Part shown: piece by piece, positions 49,160 to 58,051 of the stretch
How the letters are laid out: each line of letters starts with the position of its first letter
Position numbering within the stretch: the first letter of the stretch is position 1
Sequence record: OR805292.1
Direction: 5' to 3' (one strand)
Length of the DNA stretch: 64,000 nucleotides
Notes under the pieces: generated by a model
What the model saw: the letters and a program-made list of their open reading frames with translations, nothing else
What the model was told of the DNA's origin: nothing
The model's database searches: none
Position numbers and translations under genes: made by a program

Positions 49160-50065
49160 CATAATAAAACTAAAGGACGTATGTAACAAAACAGACGTTC
49201 TCCTAAGTGTTTTAAAGTTTTTGCTTAGGAAGACCCAGTTGTATGTTTAAAGGGTGAACGGTAACGGGCATTCTTGTTTAAGACTAGTTCTTATGAAGAC
49301 ATTGGCAACTAACATAGCAGCTTTGTTCCATAATTGGATATTGGTAGTAGAAACTATCCCCATCGTGCCTTTACTGTAGTACCGTTAGAGACGGAGATAA
49401 CGCAGGAAAAAAGGTTATTTAAATTATGATTTTGGGTGCTGCAGAACACTTTCGTAAACAAAAGGAATATAGTTTACGTATACACAACGGGAACGGGAAA
49501 AAGCTTTTTAAGCAAAAACGAGTCCCTGGTAATTGGTGTTTAACGGGAGTGACGTCCCAAATGTTATCCATCGATTAACACTGTAAGAAGGTTGTAAGGG
49601 TTATTGTGTTCGAAGTGGTTTACACAACTGTTCTTCCTACATTTATGTACAGAAGTGTAAACGAAAGGATGTTGCTCTGGTAGAAAAAGATCAACGTACT
49701 TTATGACACTATCCTTGTGACATATGTACTTGTACCAACAACAGCCGCAGGTTACGGATATGGTATTACAAACTGTACTGCGGTTCCGGGAGTTGAAAGT
49801 GGATGTTAGCTTAGGTGGCTGTTTGCTTAATTATAATGTTTAATTTAGGCAATATAAGCGTCGGGTGAGGCTTTCGTAGGTTGCGTGTTTATGCTACGGT
49901 GTAAATGGGCTAGACTACTGGCGCATACATGAGTATTGTAGGATTGGCGCTTTAATAAAGAAATTTGTTAAAGTTTGAGTTTAGCTCCCCGCTCATTAGC
50001 AATAAACGTTGCTAGTCGATAGTATACCCACGCCTAAATAATGCCGTCATTGTTTAGTTTTTTTT
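49160..50065 (+). ncRNA. candidate ~900-nt large structured non-coding RNA
   Basis: Consensus promoter, no ORF >=60 aa, 5'/3' closing helix, many nested helices with G-U pairs, a cUACGg tetraloop and a T8 end. Confidence 0.7.
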
Positions 50066-50097
50066 AAAAAATATAATTGTCAATTATATGTCGTACG

Positions 50098-50126
50098 CAT
50101 CTACCCCGAAAAGGGGTAGATGTTTA
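50098..50126 (+). terminator. strong hairpin/terminator
   Basis: CATCTACCCC-GAAAA-GGGGTAGATG then TTT. Confidence 0.75.
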
Positions 50127-50507
50127 TGACTTTCGTTTACACTCATGTCATAATCAGTACACGCCATTTTAGGCCATTCTACATCAATACACTGCTTCTA
50201 GCAGTGTATTGGACATACAAAATAATCTTAAATTATATCAAATTTGTTTAATTACTTTAATTTTGTTACTTTAGTAATTTGTATTTTGTTTATATGAGTT
50301 GTAGTTTACGAAAACGAATATAAACAAAATACATATGTGAACTGTAGTTCACATACTTACTAACGTTGTATATTACGGTAATTCTATAAAATATCTCTAT
50401 ATAATTATAAACGTTTTATGGCATACTACGACTGAACGAAATTGAAAATTAACTAGAGATTTAATTAGATAAATAATATTGTAAAAATTGTATAGAGGTA
50501 TACATCA

Positions 50508-50960
50508 ATGAACGATTACACACATTACACAGAGGAAGATTTCATATTTTTAGCATATGATTTAAATACTCAGCTTATAAATGATGGATATCCTGACGCT
50601 GCTGTAAAATTTATTACTAATCAGTTTATTTTAGAGCATAGACATCCTGACGAAATAAAACGTTGTATAGGATGTAATTCTAAAATGTACGAAGATGTTA
50701 TTGCTACTAAGAGAAATTTATCTGGTAAATCGCATTGCAGACATTGCGAATCGAAACTTAGTATGTATAAGGAAGTTGTTAAGGAAGTAGCAAATACAAC
50801 ACAAATACTTCGCATACCAGAAAAACATTTAAATTCAGTTAAACGATTAATTAGAATATATAATGAGCAAAACAAAACTAGTGCATATCAGAGTATATTA
50901 GTTAAAACAAAGAAACTTAACACAGGAGTTTCTAAAAAGTCAAAAAGAAAGGGACGTTAA
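50508..50960 (+). CDS. zinc-ribbon (CxxC..CxxC) protein with RHH-like segment and basic tail (150 aa)
   Basis: CIGC and CRHC; TTQILRIPEKHLNSVKRLI; KKSKRKGR tail; late motif at 50468. Confidence 0.75.
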   Translation: MNDYTHYTEEDFIFLAYDLNTQLINDGYPDAAVKFITNQFILEHRHPDEIKRCIGCNSKMYEDVIATKRNLSGKSHCRHCESKLSMYKEVVKEVANTTQILRIPEKHLNSVKRLIRIYNEQNKTSAYQSILVKTKKLNTGVSKKSKRKGR

Positions 50961-50976
50961 TTGTCCCTTTCTTTTT
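50942..50976. terminator. bidirectional terminator
   Basis: AAAAAGAAAGGGAC-GTTAATT-GTCCCTTTCTTTTT. Confidence 0.9.
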
Positions 50977-51202
50977 ATAGGAAGCTTCTACCTGTTTCTG
51001 CTTCAATTTTTTGTTTAATAAATTCTCCTAAACGTACCCGCTCTTGATATGATAACGACCAAGCAGTGTGCCAGTCAAACCCATTAATTTTATCACATAT
51101 TTGGACTATTTCGCCTTCTAATCCCAGTGATTCTTGTTCATATTCTTGTATAACGTTCCTAATATCATCTGGGGTTCCCGATACTAGGATTCTCTGAAAA
51201 AA
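50975..51202 (-). CDS. -1 frameshift extension (gp51/T-like, 75 aa) of the gp26-like gene
   Basis: Open frame with no ATG/GTG/TTG; it begins at slippery T TTT TTC (51196-51202); sequence GFDWHTAWSLSYQERVRLGEFIKQKIE. Confidence 0.8.
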   Translation of the reverse strand, partial: FFQRILVSGTPDDIRNVIQEYEQESLGLEGEIVQICDKINGFDWHTAWSLSYQERVRLGEFIKQKIEAETGRSFL

Positions 51203-52038
51203 CTTACTGGGTTAAAATCTACAGGTACTACAAAACTTTTATTACAGTTGTCACATACTGCATCAAAGTCGCCATTAACTCCTACTTGATTTATTTCTTT
51301 TAAAAGACTATCTATTTTATTAACATCTGCTCTATCTATATTTGCTATAAATTCTTTTATATCGGCTAGTGTCTGAGCAGTATTGTTAACTATATCTATA
51401 CCGTTAGTTTCATCTACAATACGAACTATTGTTTTTGCAATTAATTCAAAATTTAATGTTGACAGTTCATTTATTGTATTAGAAAATGCAGAAAGTTTTT
51501 CTTCATCTGAATACATATCGCTTTGCATTATTCTAATAAATTTTGCTTGTTCTAGTGCAGTTTTTGCAACTGTCATATTATCTGAAAAATCATATGGTCT
51601 AATAAATATAGATAGACCGTTATCAAGGTTCACGACGTATTGGTCTTCTAAATAAGTGGATGTATTAATGACATTTAATAAGTCTATTCCATATAAATTT
51701 TTATGATTACAATGCGGGCACGTAGAAGAAATATCTATTGTGTTACCGTATGATGCTGCTTTTATAGCAACACATATCATATGAATGTCATTAATCAAGA
51801 GTTTATTTACATCTTTAATTCCTGGTACACAACTCTTAATTACTTCTTTTAAGCCTTCACCGTTCACTAATGCATCAGGATTTTTTATTAATACTTCATC
51901 TTTTCCTGTCATAGCATATACCCCTAGTTCTCCGGAATCGGTGTATTCTACAACATTTGATGGATAAAATGAATTTCCGCTGGGCAAACGAATATAAGAT
52001 TTGAATGTTCTGTAATATTGATGTAATTTGTTGCTCAT
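51184..52038 (-). CDS. gp26: baseplate hub assembly / tail-assembly chaperone, T4 gp26-like (284 aa)
   Basis: LPS.G..Y, MTGKDE..IKNPD.L.NG and CPHC..CDNC motifs; divergent from tape measure. Confidence 0.8.
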   Translation of the reverse strand: MSNKLHQYYRTFKSYIRLPSGNSFYPSNVVEYTDSGELGVYAMTGKDEVLIKNPDALVNGEGLKEVIKSCVPGIKDVNKLLINDIHMICVAIKAASYGNTIDISSTCPHCNHKNLYGIDLLNVINTSTYLEDQYVVNLDNGLSIFIRPYDFSDNMTVAKTALEQAKFIRIMQSDMYSDEEKLSAFSNTINELSTLNFELIAKTIVRIVDETNGIDIVNNTAQTLADIKEFIANIDRADVNKIDSLLKEINQVGVNGDFDAVCDNCNKSFVVPVDFNPVSFFRES

Positions 52039-52107
52039 AATGTGTATATGCTCTTTTGATAAATATGCTATATACCGTATTTATCATAGCATTTTATAGA
52101 GGTTCTT

Positions 52108-54504
52108 GTGGCAGAAGATATTAGAATTGTTGGCGTTGATCCTAGTGTCCCCGGCTGGGCTAGAGAAGAAACTCTTAATAAAATAGTATCTGAGTTAAAA
52201 AAACTCAATGGATCTAATACAAGAGAAAACGACGAACTAAAAGATGCAGTAGATGAATTAGTTAGGGTCACCCGTAGAACTAGCGAAGATACATCTAGAA
52301 CAGATAATAACACTGAAATAAAAGAAGCATTAAACAGATTATCTTCTTCGTTAAAACAACAGAAAAAATCTGATAATTCTTTATCTGCAAAGCAAGGGGG
52401 AAACAAACCTCCCGTATTGCCGACTGACAATAAGAAATCTAAATTAGATACAGATACTATAGGCGCATTTATTACTGCCGTCGGTACTGCTTCAAAGGCA
52501 GTAGCAAAATTTACTTTAAGTATGGCATCTTTTGCAGTTGGTGGAAGTATATACGCTGCATTAAAGCAAGCTGCATCGTCTCAGCTTACTTTATCTAGAG
52601 ATTTATATAAATCAGGTTGGAACTTCGGAACGGTATTAGACGATGCATCTGGTATTATTAAATCTACTAACTTAGACGGTATTTCGTATGCCATAAAAGG
52701 TTTAGGTATAAATTCATCTGCACTATCTGAAGTATTAAAAGGCAATGAATTAGCAATACAAAAATACGGAATAAAATCGTTTGTAGATCTGTCTTCTAGC
52801 TTAAAAAGACAAGGCAATAGCTTAGGTATGTCTTTAAAAGAAACAGCAGATTATGTAGGAGAATATTTAGAATCTCAACGTTTAATGGGCACATTTGATA
52901 AAATGCGCCAAGTAAACATGACTGCCCTTGCATCTAAAGCACTTAAAGATACCCAAGCATTTGCTACTGCGTTAAGAATGTCTACAGAAGACCTTCAGGC
53001 AAAAATGAATGAAAGTTTAAAAGATGTAGACTTTCGTGTAGCAATAGAATCAGTTAACGCAAATTCTAAAGAAGCCGCTGCCCAAATTTATGCTGCTTTG
53101 CCGGAACAATTGCAAACTATGTTTAAGGTAGCTCTTAAAGATACTCCGTCTTTTATGGCATCTAAAGAATACGCCGATTTGATAAAATCTGGACAAGGAG
53201 AATTAGCTAGACAAATAATTGCAGTATCATCTGGACTGAAGTCTGGTAATATAACTAACGGTCAGGCAGATGATGCAATGAAACGACTTATAAAATCTAC
53301 TAGTTTTGCAGAAAGTACAATGCGTAGACTTGCTATGCTAGATGCTCGTGGACTAATAGATAGTAATGTTGCCGCTGCCGCATATGGATTAAAAGACCTT
53401 AGAGATAAAATGGATGGTCATTATGAAGGAATCCAAAATACAGAAGCTACAAATTTAGCAAAAGTTGAAGATGTAAGAAATAGAGCATTAGCTGTATTAG
53501 ATACGTTTGTATCATCTATAATGAGAGCAGGATTCGAATCTAGTGAATTTGCTAAATTATTAGATAATGCAAATGAAATGTTAAAAACAATTCATAATAC
53601 AGCAGAAGACTTAGGTAAACAACTAGGTCCGGAATTATTTAAATTTGTTAACAATGCTATGGAATATCTAAATGGTTTATTTAGTAAAGATGTAGCAGGA
53701 AATATAAATGTAAATTATTCTAAAATAATAGGAGATATTTTAACAAGTTCTGGTGCTGCTATAGTAGTTGGCGTTCTTGCTATTATGACTACATTTAAAG
53801 GTGTTGTTATTTCTTCGTTATCGTCGTGGCTTAAAGGTGCATCGGGACCTATGTCATCATTAGGTGGCACAGTAAAAACTATAGCAGGAAGATTAGGATC
53901 ATTTGCAGCACTAGCAGTATCGTTTACGAATGGAATAGGTAGATTAAGTCAATCAATTTCGGACGGCGGCGATGCAATAGAATCTGCATTAAATTTTTTA
54001 TCAGGCGCAGGCGAAGGTATAATAGATCCTGTGTTCAAATCCCTTACATGGGCAGCTAACAAATTAGGTATAGTATCTGATGAAGCAGCAGATGGATTTA
54101 GTAAATACATCAGTGATACTAATTTGCAACAGTTCTTGGGTCTACAAGATATACCTATAAAAGTAGAAACTACTAATAAACCTGCATATACACCGCCTGG
54201 ACCTACTGCTACTAAAACATCTGCATACGGTAAAATAGAAACTCCGAAAGCTCCTGCTATAATCCCTACAGCTCAGCCAGATGTAGCAGACGCAGCAAAA
54301 CAAAGTCCTACTCCTGTAGATCCTACTAGCAATATAAAGCCTATAGAAAATACAGGAATGAGTTCTCAAGACATGCTAAATAGAAGTACAGATAAACTTA
54401 TACGTTTACAAGAAGAACAAATACGACAGTTACAAGAGCTTGTAGATATTCAGCGCAGAGCATTAGCTGCTACTAGAGAAACTGGATTTACAAGAACTAG
54501 GTAA
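52108..54504 (+). CDS. tape-measure-like protein (798 aa)
   Basis: Ala/Ser/Gly-rich helical composition, amphipathic/hydrophobic segments, adjacent to the chaperone gene. Confidence 0.7.
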   Translation: MAEDIRIVGVDPSVPGWAREETLNKIVSELKKLNGSNTRENDELKDAVDELVRVTRRTSEDTSRTDNNTEIKEALNRLSSSLKQQKKSDNSLSAKQGGNKPPVLPTDNKKSKLDTDTIGAFITAVGTASKAVAKFTLSMASFAVGGSIYAALKQAASSQLTLSRDLYKSGWNFGTVLDDASGIIKSTNLDGISYAIKGLGINSSALSEVLKGNELAIQKYGIKSFVDLSSSLKRQGNSLGMSLKETADYVGEYLESQRLMGTFDKMRQVNMTALASKALKDTQAFATALRMSTEDLQAKMNESLKDVDFRVAIESVNANSKEAAAQIYAALPEQLQTMFKVALKDTPSFMASKEYADLIKSGQGELARQIIAVSSGLKSGNITNGQADDAMKRLIKSTSFAESTMRRLAMLDARGLIDSNVAAAAYGLKDLRDKMDGHYEGIQNTEATNLAKVEDVRNRALAVLDTFVSSIMRAGFESSEFAKLLDNANEMLKTIHNTAEDLGKQLGPELFKFVNNAMEYLNGLFSKDVAGNINVNYSKIIGDILTSSGAAIVVGVLAIMTTFKGVVISSLSSWLKGASGPMSSLGGTVKTIAGRLGSFAALAVSFTNGIGRLSQSISDGGDAIESALNFLSGAGEGIIDPVFKSLTWAANKLGIVSDEAADGFSKYISDTNLQQFLGLQDIPIKVETTNKPAYTPPGPTATKTSAYGKIETPKAPAIIPTAQPDVADAAKQSPTPVDPTSNIKPIENTGMSSQDMLNRSTDKLIRLQEEQIRQLQELVDIQRRALAATRETGFTRTR

Positions 54505-54533
54505 TAAACACAATATATATTGAGATAGAGTAC

Positions 54534-56249
54534 ATGTCTAGTTGGAAAAAACATTTTAAGCCTGCATCAAATTCAGCGCTGCCTATACAAACTAAAAATA
54601 CATCTGGTTATGCTTCTGCTGTTTCAAAATATAACACATGGCTTCCTGAAGTTTATATGGGTCCGCCTAACAGATTGGAGCGGTACATTCAATATGAACA
54701 AATGGATCTTGATCACGAAGTAAACACTGCATTAGATACTATAGCAGAGTTTTCCACACAACCGGACGGTGTAACCGGGTTGCCATTAAATATAAAATTT
54801 ACAGAAGAACCTACTGAAACAGAATTAAAAATTTTAACAAAAAGCTTAAAAAGATGGATACATCTTAATAAGTTTGAAGATAGGCTTTTCGGTATTTTTA
54901 GATCTACAATAATGTATGGAGATCAATTCTTTATAAGAGATCCGGAAACTTACGAATTATATTGGGTAGATCCGCACAAAGTAGAAAAAATAATTGTTAA
55001 CGAAAGTAAAGGAAAAGAAATAGAGACCTATTTCATTAAAGATGTCGATTTAAATACTGCAGAGTTAGTAGGATCTAATGTAACTAATAAAATACAAATA
55101 GGATACGGAAACACAGCATCTGCTTTCCCCCAAGCAACTATGGGAATAAATCCTGCAGGACCATACGCATCTGCAAATAATCCTAGTCAGAATGGCTCGT
55201 TAGCTAACAGCGAAGCTATGCCGATAAATGCAAAGCATATAGTTCATTTTTCTATGACGGAAGGTATGAATTCTGCGTGGCCGTTTGGTACTAGTGAATT
55301 AGAGACTATATTTAAAGTATATAAGCAAAAAGAAATGCTTGAAGATGCAATGCTTATATATAGAATTCATCGCGCACCAGAAAGACGTGTGTTTATTATT
55401 GACACAGGTAACTTACCTCCTAACAAAGCTCAGCAAGTGTTAGAGCGCGTTAAATATGAAGTACAACAAAAAAGGATTCCTAATAAAACTGGCGGCGGAA
55501 GTAATATTCTAGACTCGTCATATAACCCTCTTTCTACTCTTGAAGATTATTATTTTGCTCAGTCAGCAGACGGCAGAGGATCGAAAGTAGATGTTTTACC
55601 GGGAGGTTCTAATCTAGGCGAAATAGATGATATGCGTTATTTTAATAATAAAATGATGCGTGCGTTAGGAGTTCCTAGTTCGTATCTGCCTACAGGACCT
55701 GATGATGGTACAGCAGGGTATAATGACGGAAGAGTAGGAACTGCATATATACAAGAATTTAGATTTAGTGAAAGATGCAAAAGACATCAACGCCAAATAG
55801 TAAAAACATTAGATAAAGAATTTAAACTATATCTTAAGTTTAGTGGTATTACTATAGACAATAGTATATTTAATATAACATTTGTAGAGCCACAAAATTT
55901 TGCTAAATATCGACAAATAGATATGGATTCTGCTCAAGTTGCAGTTTTCAATGGAATTGCTGATGTCCCCTACATAAGTAAGCGGTTTGCATTAAAACGT
56001 TATTTAGGTTGGGGAGAAGCTGAAATTCTAGAAAACGAAAAGATGTATGCAGAAGAACAGAGTCTTAAAAACAAACGTGGTAAAAAAGCTGATGCTGGTA
56101 TGAGGCAAGTGGGTATTTCGCCAGCAGCGCTAGCTGGTGTCGGGGAGTTTGATACTAGTGCAGTTAGTGATAGTTCTGACTTCGGTGATGACGATATAGT
56201 CGATGATATCGATTTAGATCAAACAGTAGAAGACTTTGGGAAAGAATAA
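54534..56249 (+). CDS. gp20: portal protein
   Basis: EDAMLIYRI.RAPERRVF.ID.GNLP..KA.Q and EDY.F motifs. Confidence 0.95.
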   Translation: MSSWKKHFKPASNSALPIQTKNTSGYASAVSKYNTWLPEVYMGPPNRLERYIQYEQMDLDHEVNTALDTIAEFSTQPDGVTGLPLNIKFTEEPTETELKILTKSLKRWIHLNKFEDRLFGIFRSTIMYGDQFFIRDPETYELYWVDPHKVEKIIVNESKGKEIETYFIKDVDLNTAELVGSNVTNKIQIGYGNTASAFPQATMGINPAGPYASANNPSQNGSLANSEAMPINAKHIVHFSMTEGMNSAWPFGTSELETIFKVYKQKEMLEDAMLIYRIHRAPERRVFIIDTGNLPPNKAQQVLERVKYEVQQKRIPNKTGGGSNILDSSYNPLSTLEDYYFAQSADGRGSKVDVLPGGSNLGEIDDMRYFNNKMMRALGVPSSYLPTGPDDGTAGYNDGRVGTAYIQEFRFSERCKRHQRQIVKTLDKEFKLYLKFSGITIDNSIFNITFVEPQNFAKYRQIDMDSAQVAVFNGIADVPYISKRFALKRYLGWGEAEILENEKMYAEEQSLKNKRGKKADAGMRQVGISPAALAGVGEFDTSAVSDSSDFGDDDIVDDIDLDQTVEDFGKE

Positions 56250-56470
56250 TGAAAATAAACGATATTATAACAGAAGGTTATTATAATCCTGCAGACGATT
56301 CTAGTGCAATTGCACATAAGTCAGACACACGTAGACCTAGACTAACATTTTCTCATTTAAATAAGCTTAGAAAAATGAGAGAATTGCGTAAAGTAGAAAC
56401 AGAAGAACATTTAGTGTTAGTTAGACAAATGTATAGTCAACCGATACAATCGGACGATGCATTTGGATAA
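56249..56470 (+). CDS. small head-cluster protein (73 aa)
   Basis: Coupled to the portal stop; RRPRLT..HLNKLRKMRE. Confidence 0.75.
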   Translation: MKINDIITEGYYNPADDSSAIAHKSDTRRPRLTFSHLNKLRKMRELRKVETEEHLVLVRQMYSQPIQSDDAFG

Positions 56471-56493
56471 AATTTCTAAAAATGTTAGTTTTT

Positions 56494-56515
56494 GGGGCAT
56501 AAATGCCCCTTTTTT
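56494..56515 (+). terminator. terminator
   Basis: GGGGCA-TAAA-TGCCCC plus T run. Confidence 0.75.
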
Positions 56516-56575
56516 AATATTAAGTGTAAATACCGATATAAATAATATACAACGTTTTCCTAAAGGAGTAAAAAC

Positions 56576-57388
56576 ATGTCTCATCGTAAGGAACTAGAAA
56601 AAGTTCTAGATCTTCTACTAAATGAAAATGCAGAACAAGCTTCGGCTTTATTACATCAAATTGTTGTAGCTAAAGCTCGTGATATTTACGAACAAGAATC
56701 TGCAGATTTTGAAGAAGATTTTGTAAATGAAGAAGTAGGTGGCGACAGCCGCGAATCGTTTATTGACGACATTAAATCTGACGAAGAAGAAATTGATGCA
56801 GATGAAATGTTTGATGATCAGTCTAGCGAATTAAATTCTGAAGATGAAGAAGAAGCTGATGCTGATCAAGATATAGAAGATAAAGTAGAAGATCTAGAAG
56901 CTCAATTAGCTGCATTAAAAGCAGAATTTGAAACTCTAGTAAGTCAAGAGGAAGATGAACCGTATCATCCTAATTTAGAACAAGATTTAGATGATGCTGC
57001 TGCTGATGCCTTAGAAAAATTTGAAAGTTTAGAAGAAGCAACTAAGTTTAGTGATTCTGTAAACGTAGATATGAAACAAGAAGGTAAATTAGCAGGAACA
57101 GGTAATAAAAGTAAAACTGGTTCTGTAGATAAAGAATCACCTTTTAGTAAACCTACTCAAAAGAAAAATTACGGAGTAGATCCTGTTAAATTTGCTAAAT
57201 CTACTAATCAAGGCGCTGAAGCTTCAAAAAAAGCAGACGAATCGTGTGATTTGAATACAGAAGCTACTCCTGAAAAAGTTAGCGATCCTGCAATGAAACA
57301 AGAAGGTAAATTAGCAGGAACAGGTAATAAAAGTAAAACTGGTTCTGTAGATAAAGAATCACCCCTATCTAAAGCACCTAAGAAGTAA
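56576..57388 (+). CDS. acidic prohead core/internal protein with duplicated C-terminal motif (270 aa)
   Basis: Highly D/E-rich; sits between portal and protease as T4 gp67/68 do; TATAAATA promoter. Confidence 0.7.
   Translation: MSHRKELEKVLDLLLNENAEQASALLHQIVVAKARDIYEQESADFEEDFVNEEVGGDSRESFIDDIKSDEEEIDADEMFDDQSSELNSEDEEEADADQDIEDKVEDLEAQLAALKAEFETLVSQEEDEPYHPNLEQDLDDAAADALEKFESLEEATKFSDSVNVDMKQEGKLAGTGNKSKTGSVDKESPFSKPTQKKNYGVDPVKFAKSTNQGAEASKKADESCDLNTEATPEKVSDPAMKQEGKLAGTGNKSKTGSVDKESPLSKAPKK
57071..57363 (+). repeat. 71-bp exact direct repeat (57071-57141, 57293-57363), encoding MKQEGKLAGTGNKSKTGSVDKESP
   Basis: Read directly. Confidence 0.95.
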
Positions 57389-57406
57389 TTTAGGATAAGT
57401 ATAAGT

Positions 57407-58039
57407 ATGGCTAGACAGCTTTACGAATATATGTCCCAATCTAAGGGATCGATAATAATAGAACACGGCACCGGACCTGACGGTGCTCGTGATCTATTCA
57501 TGCGCGGAATATTTATTCAAGGTGATGTAAAAAATCATAATCAGCGCATCTATCCCCTACATGAAATATCTCATGCAGTTGAATCAGTAAAAGCAAAAAT
57601 ACAGGAAGGGTTTTCTGTTTTAGGAGAACTCGACCATCCAGAAGAATTAACTATTAATTTAGACAGAGTGTCTCATATAATCACAGAAATGTGGATGGAA
57701 GGCAACTGCGGCTACGGCAAATTAAAATTATTAGATACTCCTACTGGAATTATTGCTAAAAGCTTATTAACTGCCGGAGCCAAATTGGGCGTAAGTTCTC
57801 GCGGCTCAGGTAATGTAGGTTATGACGGTGTAGTGAGCGACTTTGATATTGTAACAGTCGATATTGTTGCACAACCGAGCGCTCCTAATGCATATCCTAA
57901 ACCTATATATGAAAGTTTATACAACATGAAAGGCGGCGAAATCATTATGGATTTAGCCCGTAACACACGACAGGATCCTAGTGCAGATAAATATCTCAGT
58001 AGGGAAATAATAAAACTTATATCCGAATTGAAAAAATAG
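57407..58039 (+). CDS. gp21: prohead core protease
   Basis: GIFIQG...N.N.RIYP, GELDHP, GVSSRG.G and DIVAQPSAP.A motifs. Confidence 0.95.
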   Translation: MARQLYEYMSQSKGSIIIEHGTGPDGARDLFMRGIFIQGDVKNHNQRIYPLHEISHAVESVKAKIQEGFSVLGELDHPEELTINLDRVSHIITEMWMEGNCGYGKLKLLDTPTGIIAKSLLTAGAKLGVSSRGSGNVGYDGVVSDFDIVTVDIVAQPSAPNAYPKPIYESLYNMKGGEIIMDLARNTRQDPSADKYLSREIIKLISELKK

Positions 58040-58051
58040 TAGGAGATTTAA

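Noticed and set aside
49160-50065. Group I/II intron, tmRNA, RNase P or tRNA cluster
   Set aside because: It does not interrupt a gene, and I saw no GUGCG/domain V, tRNA-like ends, RNase P P4 motif or cloverleafs. This needs an Rfam check.
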